Assembly (NCBI RefSeq): GCF_016593155.1
Contig: NZ_AP023215.1
Location: 60,001 to 92,000, forward strand
Source of the DNA: Candidatus Saccharimonadota bacterium
GTDB taxonomy: Bacteria; Pseudomonadota; Gammaproteobacteria; Burkholderiales; Burkholderiaceae
DNA length: 32,000 nucleotides
Reading direction: 5' to 3'
In this document: positions 1 to 10,109 of the stretch, piece after piece
Numbering within the stretch: position 1 is the stretch's first letter
Layout of the letters: each line of letters begins with the position of its first letter
Made by a program: the position numbers and the translations under genes
Notes under the pieces: generated by a model
What the model was told of the DNA's origin: nothing
What the model saw: only the letters and a program-made list of their open reading frames with translations
Databases searched by the model: none

Positions 1-637
1 TTCTGTTAAAAATAATATAGTAACTATTACTTCTTATAAAAGAGATACATCAATTAACAAAATTATATCAGAATTAATGATTTTTGCTAATAGCAATTGG
101 GGTAAATTAATTTCTAATCACAATATTCCTGGCATTTATCGTGCACAAGGAGGATGCGAGTATACATCAAAAACACAAGTGCGTATGATAACGCATCCCG
201 CTCCTCATCAAGAATTAGGTGTTAATCAATATACTTGGAGCACTTCACCATTAAGAAGATATGTAGATTTAGTTAATCAATGGCAAATATTAGCATGTAT
301 AAAATATCAAAACATTTCATCTATAAAGGCGCCCTTTCAACCCGGTGATACAGATTTATTTGATATAATATTATCATTTGATAAATTAAATTCTAATTAT
401 TCTTATTTTCAAAAAAAAATGGAACGTTATTGGTGTTTACGTTGGTTATTGCAAAATAAAATTAAATTAATTTACGCAACGGTAATTAAAAATGAAATTT
501 TTCAATTATTAAATTTACCTTTAATTATTCGTTTACCTGGACAAAAATTAATACAAGGTACACAAGTGAAGTTGAATTTATTACATATAGATGAAATCAA
601 TTTAACTATTGAGGTTAAATTATTAGAAATTTTATAA
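1..637 (+). CDS. RNase II-family 3'-5' exoribonuclease (RNB domain), C-terminal part; 5' end cut by the window edge
   Basis: The frame is open from base 2 (SVKNNIVTITSYKRDTSINKIISELMIFAN...), so the M at 77 is internal. The translation carries the RNB catalytic signature HQELGVNQYTWSTSPLRRYVDLVNQWQ, followed by a short S1-like tail. Stop is TAA at 635-637. Confidence 0.8.
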   Translation, partial: SVKNNIVTITSYKRDTSINKIISELMIFANSNWGKLISNHNIPGIYRAQGGCEYTSKTQVRMITHPAPHQELGVNQYTWSTSPLRRYVDLVNQWQILACIKYQNISSIKAPFQPGDTDLFDIILSFDKLNSNYSYFQKKMERYWCLRWLLQNKIKLIYATVIKNEIFQLLNLPLIIRLPGQKLIQGTQVKLNLLHIDEINLTIEVKLLEIL

Positions 638-739
638 ACTTATTATAATAATTTTTAAAGTTAAAAATAAATTGCAAAATTATATTAAATAAATTAATAA
701 AAATAATAAGATTAAAATATTTTTTAAAAATATATATTT

Positions 740-3238
740 ATGAATAAAATTCTTATTATTGCAGAAAAACCTTCTGTTGCATGTGATATTGCTAAAACAT
801 TAGGTGGATTTACTAAATATGATGAATATTTTGAATCTGATTGTTATGTACTTTCATCGGCAATTGGTCATTTATTGAAAATTTCCGTTCCCAAGAAATA
901 TCATACAAAATATAATAAGTGGACCTTTAAAAATTTACCAATAATTCCACCAAATTTTATTTTAAATCCAATTACTAAAACTAAATCTAGATTAAAATTA
1001 TTAAATTTTTTAATTAAACGTAAAGATATTGTTGAGTTAATTAATGCTTGTGATGCTGGACGAGAAGGAGAATTAATTTTTCGTATGATTATAAGTTATA
1101 CACATGCCACACAACCTATAAAACGATTATGGTTACAATCCATGACATCAAGCGCAATTCGAGATAGTTTTGCTAATCTTAAAAGAGATAGTGATATGCT
1201 TTTATTAGCAGATGCCGCTCGAAGTCGCAGTGAGGCTGATTGGTTAATAGGTATTAATGGAACGCGTGCTATGACTGCTTTTAATTCAAAAAATGGTGGA
1301 TTTTATTTAACAACCGTAGGAAGAGTGCAAACACCTACTTTATCAATTGTAGTTACTAGAGAAGAAAAAATAAAAAAATTTATACCTCGAAATTTTTGGG
1401 AAATAAATGCTACTTTCATTAGTTTTCATCCAGAAAATAATATGAAGATTATTTATAAAGGAAAATGGATAGACTATAAATACAAAAAAAATACTCTAGA
1501 TCTAGAAAAAAAACCTGAACGATTATGGAATAAATTAACAGCAGAATCAATTATATCTAATTGTATTAAAAAAAAAGGAATTGTTACTGGAAAACTTAAA
1601 TTAACTAAATTAAAAGCACCTCTTTTATTTAATTTAACTAGTTTACAGCGTGAAGCTAATTGTCGATTTGGTTTGTCAGCTAAAAATACTTTAAATTTAG
1701 CACAAAAACTTTATGAAAAATATAAAGTTATAACATATCCAAGAACTGATTCATGTTATTTACCAAGAGATTATGTCGATTATATTGAAAAAATTTTATT
1801 TTCACTATGTGATAATAAAAATTATCAAAAATTTACAAAAGAAATTTTGAATAAAAAATGGTATTTTATAAAAAATAAACGTATTTTTAATAATTCTAAA
1901 GTTAGTGATCATTTTGCAATTATTCCTACTACAATACCATTACCTAAAAAAATTTCAGATTTAGAAAATAAAATTTATGATTTAATTATGCGTCGTTTTA
2001 TAGCAATATTTTTTCCGGTTGCTGAATTTCAGATAATTACTTATATTACTAAAGTTAAAGAAAATTATTTTAAAAGCAAAGAAAAAATAATGATTAATTC
2101 TGGATGGCTAATAGTTTATGATAATAAAATAAATAATAAAAATATAAAAAAAAATAATGAATTACTTAATATAATTAAACTAAAAAAAGTACAAGTTAAT
2201 TCAATGACAATAAATACATTAACTACAACCCCTCCCGCTCGTTATACAGAAGCTACCTTATTATCAGCAATGGAAGGAGCTGGAAAATTAATTAATTTAG
2301 AAGAATTTCGTGAAGCAATAACAGAAAAAGGATTAGGTACTCCTTCTACTCGTGCTTCTATTATTGAAGGTTTAATTAGTGAAAAGTATTTATTAAGAGA
2401 GTTTCAAAAAATAATACCAACAGCCAAGGCTTTTCAGTTAATGATTTTATTGCGGGGGCTTGGAATTAATGAATTAACTAATCCAGCATTAACGGGTGAA
2501 TGGGAATATAAATTAAAGCAAATAGAAAAAGGAGATATTAGCCGAGAAGAATTTATGTGTGAAATTAAAAATATGACTAGAATTATTGTTAAAAGAGCTA
2601 AAGAGTATAATTGTAATACAATTCCAGGAAATTATATAACATTAAATTCAATATGCCCTAATTGTAAAGGAATTATTAAAGAAAATTATCATAGTTTTTC
2701 ATGTATTTTTTGTATTTTTTCAATAAATAAAATTTTAGCAAATCGTCAATTTGAAATTTTTGAAATTGAAAAATTATTAACTAATCATATTATCGGGCCG
2801 TTAAATGGGTTTTGTTCAAAAAATGGTAGAACATTTTCTGCGATGATTAAAATTGTATATAACGCTGAAATAAAAAATTATAAATTAGAATTTGATTTTG
2901 GAAAAAATAACAATATAAAAAATAATTATTTATTTGATTTAAATAAAAAAAATATATTAGGAAAGTGTCCAATATGCAACGGAAATGTATATGAAATGGG
3001 ATTAATTTATTCGTGCGAAAATTTTTTTAAAAAATTAAAAAAATGTAATTTCCATAGTAATCGCATTATTCTAGAAAAAGAAATCCTTCCTGAGCAAATA
3101 ATTAAATTACTTAATAAAAATAAAACTGATTTATTGACAGGCTTTATATCTCAACGTACTAAACGTTCATTTAAGGCCTTTCTTGTTAAAGATAAAAATG
3201 GAAAAATTTCATTTGAATTTAAAAAAAATAAAAATTAA
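740..3238 (+). CDS. topB: DNA topoisomerase III (type IA) with C-terminal zinc-ribbon extension
   Basis: 832 aa ORF. It has an N-terminal TOPRIM domain (MNKILIIAEKPS..., ACDAGREGELIF), the type IA active-site tyrosine context (VITYPRTDSCYLP) and GTPSTRASIIE. The C-terminal third has CxxC pairs (CPNCKG...SCIFCIF; CPICNG...). Confidence 0.9.
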   Translation: MNKILIIAEKPSVACDIAKTLGGFTKYDEYFESDCYVLSSAIGHLLKISVPKKYHTKYNKWTFKNLPIIPPNFILNPITKTKSRLKLLNFLIKRKDIVELINACDAGREGELIFRMIISYTHATQPIKRLWLQSMTSSAIRDSFANLKRDSDMLLLADAARSRSEADWLIGINGTRAMTAFNSKNGGFYLTTVGRVQTPTLSIVVTREEKIKKFIPRNFWEINATFISFHPENNMKIIYKGKWIDYKYKKNTLDLEKKPERLWNKLTAESIISNCIKKKGIVTGKLKLTKLKAPLLFNLTSLQREANCRFGLSAKNTLNLAQKLYEKYKVITYPRTDSCYLPRDYVDYIEKILFSLCDNKNYQKFTKEILNKKWYFIKNKRIFNNSKVSDHFAIIPTTIPLPKKISDLENKIYDLIMRRFIAIFFPVAEFQIITYITKVKENYFKSKEKIMINSGWLIVYDNKINNKNIKKNNELLNIIKLKKVQVNSMTINTLTTTPPARYTEATLLSAMEGAGKLINLEEFREAITEKGLGTPSTRASIIEGLISEKYLLREFQKIIPTAKAFQLMILLRGLGINELTNPALTGEWEYKLKQIEKGDISREEFMCEIKNMTRIIVKRAKEYNCNTIPGNYITLNSICPNCKGIIKENYHSFSCIFCIFSINKILANRQFEIFEIEKLLTNHIIGPLNGFCSKNGRTFSAMIKIVYNAEIKNYKLEFDFGKNNNIKNNYLFDLNKKNILGKCPICNGNVYEMGLIYSCENFFKKLKKCNFHSNRIILEKEILPEQIIKLLNKNKTDLLTGFISQRTKRSFKAFLVKDKNGKISFEFKKNKN

Positions 3239-3349
3239 AAATTAATTAGAATTTATTTTTCAAAAATTAAATTATTTTATTAAGATTTTTGTTTACAAAT
3301 TTCAAAAAATATAGAAAAATTGTAAAATTACAAGATTATTTAAAATATT

Positions 3350-5260
3350 ATGATTTCAATTCAAATTTCAAATAAATTAAAGTTGCAATTTTCTAAACCT
3401 ATAACAGTGTTAGAGGTTGCTTCTTATATTAATGTGAATCTAGCTAAATCAGCTATAATCGGTAAATTAAATGGTATATTAGTAGATTTATCTTACGTAA
3501 TTGATCATGATGTAAATTTAACTATAATAACAGAAAAAGATAATATTGGATTAAATATAATCCGTCATTCAACCGCGCATTTATTGGCTTATGCAGTCAA
3601 AAATTTATTTCCTGATTCTCAAATGGTAATTGGACCAGTAATAGAAAATGGATTTTATTATGATTTTTTATATAAACGTTCTTTTACAAAAGAAGATTTA
3701 ATATTAATTGAAAAAAAAATGATTGAACTTTCCCAAAAAAATGAATTTTTTTTAAAAAAAATTATAACTCGCGATAAAGCGATTTCATATTTTAATTCTG
3801 TTGATGAAGAATTTAAAAAAAAAATTATTAATTTAATTCCTAAGAATCAAGAAATATCTTTATATAGCATTGGTTCTTTTATTGATTTATGTCGAGGTCC
3901 TCATGTTCTCTCAACAGGAAAATTAAAAATATTTAAATTAATAAAATTAGCGGGTTCTTATTGGAAAGGTGATCAAAAAAATAAAAAATTACAAAGAATA
4001 TATGGAACAGCTTGGGTCACAAAAAAAGATCAAGAAATATATTTATACATGATCAAAGAAGCAGAAAAAAGAGATCATCGTAAATTAGGGAAAAAATTAA
4101 ATTTATTTCATTTTCAAGAAGAAAGTCCGGGGTTAATATTCTGGCATCCAAAAGGATATATTATATTACAAGAAATAAAAAAATATATACGGAAAATATA
4201 TAAAAATAATGGTTATAAAGAAATCAAAACACCACAAATGTTAGATCTTTCATTATGGAAAAAAACTGGTCATTGGGAAAATTATAAAGATAATATGTTT
4301 ACCACAAAATCAGAAAATCGTTTTTATGCATTAAAACCAATGAATTGTCCTGGACATATTCAAATTTATAATTCTAATTTTCATAGTTATCGTGATTTAC
4401 CATTACGTTTTGGTGAATTTGGTCAGTGTCATCGTAACGAGTCATCTGGTTCTTTACATGGAATGATGCGAACAAGAGGTTTTATTCAAGATGATGGGCA
4501 TATTTTTTGTACAAAAAAACAAATTAAAAATGAAATTATTATATTTAATGAATTAGTACATAAGGTATATAATGATTTTGGTTTTAAAAATATCCAAATA
4601 AAATTAGCTTTACGTCCGAATAAAAGAATAGGAGAAAATAATATTTGGGATTTAGCTGAAAATTCATTACGCGAAGCAATTAGTGGTTCTGGAGTTACAT
4701 GGGAAGAGTTTCCGGGAGAAGGAGCATTTTATGGGCCAAAAATTGAGTATCATTTAAAGGATTCAATTGGGCGCTCCTGGCAATGCGGTACTATACAAAT
4801 TGATTTTTCTATGCCATATCGTCTTGGAGCAGAGTATATAACAGAAAATAATACTTGTAAAACACCAGTTATGTTACATAGAGCTATTATTGGATCATTA
4901 GAACGTTTTATCGCAATTATTATTGAAAATTATTCTGGCGCTATGCCTTTATGGTTAGCTCCAATACAAGTTATGATACTTAATATTTCTAAAGAACAAA
5001 TTGAATATGCTCAAAAAATATTAAATTTTTTAAAAAATAAAAAATTTAGAGCTGAAGTAGATTTGCGTAATGAAAAAATTGCCTATAAAATACGATTACA
5101 CTCTTTAGAAAAATTACCATATATAATAATAATTGGTAATAAAGAGCTTTATGAAAATAAAATAACTGTTCGTGCGCGAGGTAATATTAATCTTGGTATT
5201 ATGTCAATTGATATGTTAGTTATACGTCTAATAAATGAGATAAATACTAAATATTCATAA
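3350..5260 (+). CDS. thrS: Threonine--tRNA ligase
   Basis: The 636 aa ORF is colinear with bacterial ThrRS. It has a TGS-like N-terminus, [71 protein letters not shown] and [11 protein letters not shown], plus an anticodon-binding C-terminus. Confidence 0.95.
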   Translation: MISIQISNKLKLQFSKPITVLEVASYINVNLAKSAIIGKLNGILVDLSYVIDHDVNLTIITEKDNIGLNIIRHSTAHLLAYAVKNLFPDSQMVIGPVIENGFYYDFLYKRSFTKEDLILIEKKMIELSQKNEFFLKKIITRDKAISYFNSVDEEFKKKIINLIPKNQEISLYSIGSFIDLCRGPHVLSTGKLKIFKLIKLAGSYWKGDQKNKKLQRIYGTAWVTKKDQEIYLYMIKEAEKRDHRKLGKKLNLFHFQEESPGLIFWHPKGYIILQEIKKYIRKIYKNNGYKEIKTPQMLDLSLWKKTGHWENYKDNMFTTKSENRFYALKPMNCPGHIQIYNSNFHSYRDLPLRFGEFGQCHRNESSGSLHGMMRTRGFIQDDGHIFCTKKQIKNEIIIFNELVHKVYNDFGFKNIQIKLALRPNKRIGENNIWDLAENSLREAISGSGVTWEEFPGEGAFYGPKIEYHLKDSIGRSWQCGTIQIDFSMPYRLGAEYITENNTCKTPVMLHRAIIGSLERFIAIIIENYSGAMPLWLAPIQVMILNISKEQIEYAQKILNFLKNKKFRAEVDLRNEKIAYKIRLHSLEKLPYIIIIGNKELYENKITVRARGNINLGIMSIDMLVIRLINEINTKYS

Positions 5261-5290
5261 ATAAAAATTAAATTATTTTTTAAATTTAAT

Positions 5291-5307
5291 AGGAGAAAAA
5301 AATAATT
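5291..5307 (+). promoter_or_regulatory. Shine-Dalgarno AGGAG (5291-5295) plus non-canonical ATT initiation codon (5305-5307) of infC
   Basis: An in-frame TAG at 5290-5292 closes the frame upstream. The IF3-homologous sequence begins right after ATA 5302 / ATT 5305, and there is no ATG until 5443. An AUU start is the known basis of IF3 autoregulation. Confidence 0.7.
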
Positions 5308-5823
5308 ACAAATAGATCTAAGCATCGAATTAACCGAGAAATTATAGCACCAAAATTACGTTTATCTGGAATAAAAAATGAACCATTAGGTATTGTTACG
5401 TTAGAAAAAGCTTTTTATTTAGCTGAAAAAGAAAATGTTGATTTGGTTGAAATAGCTCCTTTTGCGAAACCTCCTGTGGCGCGTCTTATGGATTATGGTA
5501 AATTTAAATATAGAGAGAAAAAAAAAGCACATGAAGCAAAACTTAAACAAAAAGTTATTTTAATTAAAGAAATTAAATTTAGACCATGTATTAATGAAAG
5601 TGATTATAAAATTAAATTACGTAATTTAATTAGATTCTTAGAGGAGGGCGATAAAGTTAAAATTACATTACGTTTTCGAGGACGCGAAATATCTCATCAA
5701 GATCTTGGATTTCGTGTACTTGAACGCCTCAAATCAGATTTAGAATTATATTCTCAAATCGAACAATTTCCTAAAATAGAGGGTCGTCAAATGATAATGA
5801 TTTTATCTCCTAAAAAAAAATAA
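5305..5823 (+). CDS. infC: Translation initiation factor IF-3 (ATT start; the listed ORF at 5443 is N-terminally truncated)
   Basis: Reading upstream of 5443 in the same frame gives (I)[52 protein letters not shown].... This aligns with the IF3 N-domain (RINGEIRAxEVRL..G..LGIv..eAl..AeeagvDLVEIsP). The listed part continues with [19 protein letters not shown] and the IF3 C-domain. ATA at 5302 is the alternative start. Confidence 0.85.
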   Translation: MTNRSKHRINREIIAPKLRLSGIKNEPLGIVTLEKAFYLAEKENVDLVEIAPFAKPPVARLMDYGKFKYREKKKAHEAKLKQKVILIKEIKFRPCINESDYKIKLRNLIRFLEEGDKVKITLRFRGREISHQDLGFRVLERLKSDLELYSQIEQFPKIEGRQMIMILSPKKK

Positions 5824-5929
5824 TTAATGCATATTTACAATAACAATATAAAAATATATATTCATATAATATCAGTAAATCATAATATTAGTAAAATTAA
5901 ATAAAATTTATATAAAGGAGTTATTTTCT

Positions 5930-6127
5930 GTGTTTAAAATAAAAACGAAAAGCAGCGCAAAAAAACGTTTTCGTATACGCCCCGGAGGTTGCATTAAGCG
6001 TGGACAAGCCTTTAAACGTCATATTTTAACTAAAAAATCTACTAAAGTTAAACGTCAATTACGTGGATTAGTATCTGTTCATAAAAGCAATATAGCATCT
6101 GTGCGAGCTATGATGCCAAATTCTTAA
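5930..6127 (+). CDS. rpmI: 50S ribosomal protein L35 (GTG start)
   Basis: 65 aa, [20 protein letters not shown]...[16 protein letters not shown], is typical L35. GTG at 5930 lies 9 nt after the SD AAGGAG (5915-5920). There is no in-frame ATG between the upstream stop (5876-5878) and 5930. Confidence 0.9.
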   Translation: MFKIKTKSSAKKRFRIRPGGCIKRGQAFKRHILTKKSTKVKRQLRGLVSVHKSNIASVRAMMPNS

Positions 6128-6154
6128 CCTTGTATTATAAAAGGAAATATTATT

Positions 6155-6514
6155 ATGTCTAGAGTAAAACGCGGAATAACAGCGCGTGCCCGTCATAAAA
6201 AAGTTTTAAAACAAGCAAAAGGTTATTTTGGTCGTCGAAATTCTGTGTATCGTGTTGCTAAACAGGCAGTCATGCATGCTATGCAATATGCTTATCGTGA
6301 TCGACGTAATAAAAAACGTGTATTTAGATCATTATGGATTGCTCGTATTAATGCCTCAGTTCGACAACATAATATTACTTATAATACATTTATAAATGGT
6401 TTAAAAAAATCTTCTATTCAATTAGATCGTAAATTATTAGCCAGTATAGCTGTTACAGATAAATTAGTTTTTTCTTCTATTGTTAACCAAATAAAAGAAA
6501 ATTTAATTAATTAA
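6155..6514 (+). CDS. rplT: 50S ribosomal protein L20
   Basis: 119 aa; [28 protein letters not shown]...[23 protein letters not shown] is the canonical L20 sequence. The SD AAGGA lies upstream. Confidence 0.95.
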   Translation: MSRVKRGITARARHKKVLKQAKGYFGRRNSVYRVAKQAVMHAMQYAYRDRRNKKRVFRSLWIARINASVRQHNITYNTFINGLKKSSIQLDRKLLASIAVTDKLVFSSIVNQIKENLIN

Positions 6515-6554
6515 TAAAGCTTTTTAAATTAATAATTTATTATTTTTTATTTAT

Positions 6555-7571
6555 ATGAATCAATTAAAAGAACTGTTTATACAAGCTAAATTTGATTTTT
6601 CTTCCGCATCAAGTATTTCTTCTTTAGAAAACACAAAAGCTTATTATCTTGGTAAAACTGGTAAATTAACTCAATATATAAAAAATATTAAAAAACTTTC
6701 TATAAATGAGCGGAAAAAATATGGTAAAATTATTAATTCTGTAAAAATAAAAATTGAAAAAGAACTTAATATTCATCGTGAAATTTTAAAAAAAAAACAA
6801 TTACAAACATTATTAAAAACTAATAAAATTGATATAACCTTACCTGGAAGAGGTAAAAATAAAGGAGGGTTACATCCAATTATGCGTACTTTAGAGCGTA
6901 TTGAAAAAATTTTCTATTCTATTGGTTTTGATATAACAGATGGACCGGAAATTGAAACAGATTTTAATAATTTTACTGCATTAAATAGCCCAAAAAATCA
7001 TCCCGCTCGTTCAATGCACGATACTTTTTATATTAAAAATAAATATGTTAGTAATAATAAACCATTATTACGTACACATACGAGTCCTATGCAAATTCGT
7101 TATTCTAAAATTCATAAACCGCCTATTAAAGTAATCACCTCCGGTCGTGTATATCGTATTGATAATGATTCAACTCATTCTCCCATGTTTCATCAAATTG
7201 AAGGATTATGGATTGATAAAAATATTAGTTTTTCAGATTTAAAAGGTATTTATTTAAATTTTATACGTATTTTTTTTGAATCAAATAACATACAAATTCG
7301 CTTCAGACCTTCTTATTTTCCTTTTACAGAACCATCTGCAGAAATTGATATTTTTTTTAAAGATGGACCATTAAAAGGTAATTGGTTAGAAATTTCTGGA
7401 GCAGGACAAGTAAACCCAAAAATTTTGCGTAATATGAATTTAGATCCCGAAAAATATATTGGATTTGCTTTTGGATCAGGGTTAGAAAGATTAACTATGT
7501 TACGTTACGGTATAAATGATTTACGTTTATTTTATAAGGGAAATATTAGATTTTTAAAACAATTTACTTGA
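6555..7571 (+). CDS. pheS: Phenylalanine--tRNA ligase alpha subunit
   Basis: 338 aa with class II motifs: [63 protein letters not shown] and [22 protein letters not shown]. It ends in TGA (7569-7571), which shows TGA is a stop in this genome. Confidence 0.95.
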   Translation: MNQLKELFIQAKFDFSSASSISSLENTKAYYLGKTGKLTQYIKNIKKLSINERKKYGKIINSVKIKIEKELNIHREILKKKQLQTLLKTNKIDITLPGRGKNKGGLHPIMRTLERIEKIFYSIGFDITDGPEIETDFNNFTALNSPKNHPARSMHDTFYIKNKYVSNNKPLLRTHTSPMQIRYSKIHKPPIKVITSGRVYRIDNDSTHSPMFHQIEGLWIDKNISFSDLKGIYLNFIRIFFESNNIQIRFRPSYFPFTEPSAEIDIFFKDGPLKGNWLEISGAGQVNPKILRNMNLDPEKYIGFAFGSGLERLTMLRYGINDLRLFYKGNIRFLKQFT

Positions 7572-7612
7572 TTTTATATTAAATTTTATATATTAAATAA
7601 AAAATTTTAACA

Positions 7613-10042
7613 ATGCAAATTCCTGAAAATTGGTTACGAACAATAATTGATCCAAAATTGTCTTCTAATGATCTTGCAGATTTATTAACAATGTCTGGAT
7701 TAGAAGTAGAAAAAATAGAAACAACCATTCCAATTTTTTCTAAAGTAATAATTGGTAAAATAATAAATATTATTAAACACCCTGATATAGATAATTTAAA
7801 TATTTGTAAGGTTGATACTTATAAAAATATTTTAGATATTGTTTGTAATGTACCTAATATACGTGTTGGATTAAAGGTTCCATGCGCTATAATTGGATCC
7901 TCGCTACCATGTATTAATAAAAAAAAATCTTTTATAATTAGTGTAAAAAAAATTCATGGAATTAAATCATATGGAATGTTATGTTCTGCATATGATTTAA
8001 AAATAAACAATAAAAATAAATATTTACTTGAATTACCAGAAGATGCACCTATTGGAAAAAATTTTTATGATTATTATCAATTTAATAATTTAAAATTTAT
8101 TATTAAACTAACACCCAATAGAGGTGATTGTTTATCTTTATTTGGAATAGCGCGTGAAATATCTATATTAAGTAACACTCCATTAAAATTACTAAATACT
8201 AAAATTACCTTACCAAATTATAAAGAAATTTTGCCAGTTAAAATATTGGCAATGGATTTATGTGGTCGTTTTTCTGGACGCATTATTCGGGGAATAAATC
8301 CTAAAACATCAACCCCTAAATGGATGCAAATACGCCTTGAGGATAGCGGACAAAAACTTATTTCCGTCTTGCCTGATATTACAAATTACGTAATGTTAGA
8401 ATTAGGAATTCCTATTAATATATTTGATTTATCTAAAATTTACGGTGAATTAAATATAAGATGGGGAAATATCGGTGAAACCTTTAAAATATCTAATGAT
8501 TTAACTATTAATATTAATAAAAATACTGGAATTATTTCTGATAATTTTAAAATAATATCATTATCTGGTATTATTGAGGGAGTTGACGTGACTGTAACTT
8601 TAAATACAAAAGATATATATTTAGGGGTAGCATTTTGGTGGCCTAATTCAATTTGCGGAAAAGCTAATCATTATAATCTTGTCACTGAATCATCATACCG
8701 TTTTGAGAGGGGTATTGATTTTAGTAAAACGATAAAATGCTTAGAGCGTATTACTAATTTAATTATTGAAATTTGCGGAACATCGTCATCAAAAATATCT
8801 CAAATAGATGATCAAATTGTTAATATACCAGTTAGAAAAAAGATTAAAATTCGATCAGAACGCGTTATTAAAGTTTTAGGTATTAAATTAACAAATCAAG
8901 AAATTTCTAATATTTTCATTCGTTTAAAATTTAATTTTATTCAAAAAAATAATATTTTCTTGGTTACTCCCCCGGCACATCGATTTGATATTGAAATTGA
9001 AGAAGATCTTATTGAAGAAATTATACGTATCTATGGATTTAAAAATATTCCTATATCGTTACCTATTACTGTCTCTAAACTGTCCCCAGTAAAAGAAGGA
9101 TGGCAATCGTTATTTTCTATTAGACATCAACTTGCTTTTGCGGACTATCAAGAGGTTATAAATTATAGTTTTATTGAAGATTCTTTAGAAAAAGATTTTT
9201 CTCAAAATATTAATAATCATCCAATTGAATTATTAAATCCAATTTCTAATAAATTCAATACAATGCGTTCAACTCTTATTGGTAGTTTAGTTAATAATGT
9301 ATGTTATAACTTAAAAAGAAAATTAGAGCGTATTCGTTTGTTTGAGATCGCTAATATTTATTTACATGATAATCGAATTAAAGATGGCCCCTTTACTGTA
9401 TCAGGTTATAAAGAATCAAAAAAAATAGCAGTAATTTCTTATGGCCCACTACTAGAACCCCAGTGGGGGGAAAAAAATCGTAATATTGATTATTTTGATT
9501 TAAAAAATGATTTAGAAAATTTATTTTTTCCTATACAATTAAAATTTTCAAAAATAAATAATTCTATTTTACACCCCAATCGATCAGCTCTTATATTAAG
9601 AAAAGAAAAAAATATTGGTTTTATAGGTGAACTTCATCCAATATTAAAACAAAAATATGATTTACCATTATCTCCAATATTTTTTGAGATTGATGCTCTA
9701 GAATTACAAAAACGTAAAATACCAAATTATATTCCAATATCTAAATTTCCTAATGTTACTCGTGATATAGTATTTATTTTTAATAAGAATATTAATTTAC
9801 AGGATATCATGAATACTATGTTTTTTGAAAAAAATAATAACTCAAATTGCTTTATAATACAATCCATTACATTATTTGATGAATATCGTGGAAAAAAACT
9901 CAAAGAAAATGAAAAAAGTTTTGCTTTTAGATGTACATTACAGGATCCTAAAAAAACTTTAAAAAATAATATCATAAATAATGCAATTAATGCATTAATT
10001 AATTCTGTTTGTAAAACTTTTAATGCAAAATTACGAACATAA
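7613..10042 (+). CDS. pheT: Phenylalanine--tRNA ligase beta subunit
   Basis: 809 aa. The N-terminus MQIPENWLRTIIDP...LTMSGLEVE and a tRNA-binding fold (KHPDIDNLNICKVD) are followed by B3/4 and B5 regions (RFDIEIEEDLIEEIIRIYGF) and a C-terminal FDX-ACB-like domain. It follows pheS as in the conserved operon. Confidence 0.95.
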   Translation: MQIPENWLRTIIDPKLSSNDLADLLTMSGLEVEKIETTIPIFSKVIIGKIINIIKHPDIDNLNICKVDTYKNILDIVCNVPNIRVGLKVPCAIIGSSLPCINKKKSFIISVKKIHGIKSYGMLCSAYDLKINNKNKYLLELPEDAPIGKNFYDYYQFNNLKFIIKLTPNRGDCLSLFGIAREISILSNTPLKLLNTKITLPNYKEILPVKILAMDLCGRFSGRIIRGINPKTSTPKWMQIRLEDSGQKLISVLPDITNYVMLELGIPINIFDLSKIYGELNIRWGNIGETFKISNDLTININKNTGIISDNFKIISLSGIIEGVDVTVTLNTKDIYLGVAFWWPNSICGKANHYNLVTESSYRFERGIDFSKTIKCLERITNLIIEICGTSSSKISQIDDQIVNIPVRKKIKIRSERVIKVLGIKLTNQEISNIFIRLKFNFIQKNNIFLVTPPAHRFDIEIEEDLIEEIIRIYGFKNIPISLPITVSKLSPVKEGWQSLFSIRHQLAFADYQEVINYSFIEDSLEKDFSQNINNHPIELLNPISNKFNTMRSTLIGSLVNNVCYNLKRKLERIRLFEIANIYLHDNRIKDGPFTVSGYKESKKIAVISYGPLLEPQWGEKNRNIDYFDLKNDLENLFFPIQLKFSKINNSILHPNRSALILRKEKNIGFIGELHPILKQKYDLPLSPIFFEIDALELQKRKIPNYIPISKFPNVTRDIVFIFNKNINLQDIMNTMFFEKNNNSNCFIIQSITLFDEYRGKKLKENEKSFAFRCTLQDPKKTLKNNIINNAINALINSVCKTFNAKLRT

Positions 10043-10109
10043 ATTTTATAAAAATATTTTTTCTATTATATAGAATTAAATTTTTTTATATTTTCAAAAT
10101 TAATTTCTA

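Noticed and set aside
3320-3333. Palindrome TTGTAAAATTACAA 17 nt upstream of the thrS ATG, considered as a ThrRS operator (tRNA-Thr anticodon-arm mimic)
   Set aside because: It forms only a 5-bp AT-rich stem with a 4-nt loop and has no convincing anticodon-loop mimic. Such palindromes are common by chance in this composition.
5443-5445. ATG at 5443 as the infC start (as in the ORF track)
   Set aside because: It would delete the whole IF3 N-terminal domain, which is clearly encoded in frame upstream from 5305.
9727-9975. 82-aa minus-strand ORF
   Set aside because: It lies entirely antisense within the well-conserved pheT C-terminal domain. The sequence is low-complexity and F/L/K/I-rich, as expected from an AT-rich antisense frame, with no recognisable motif.
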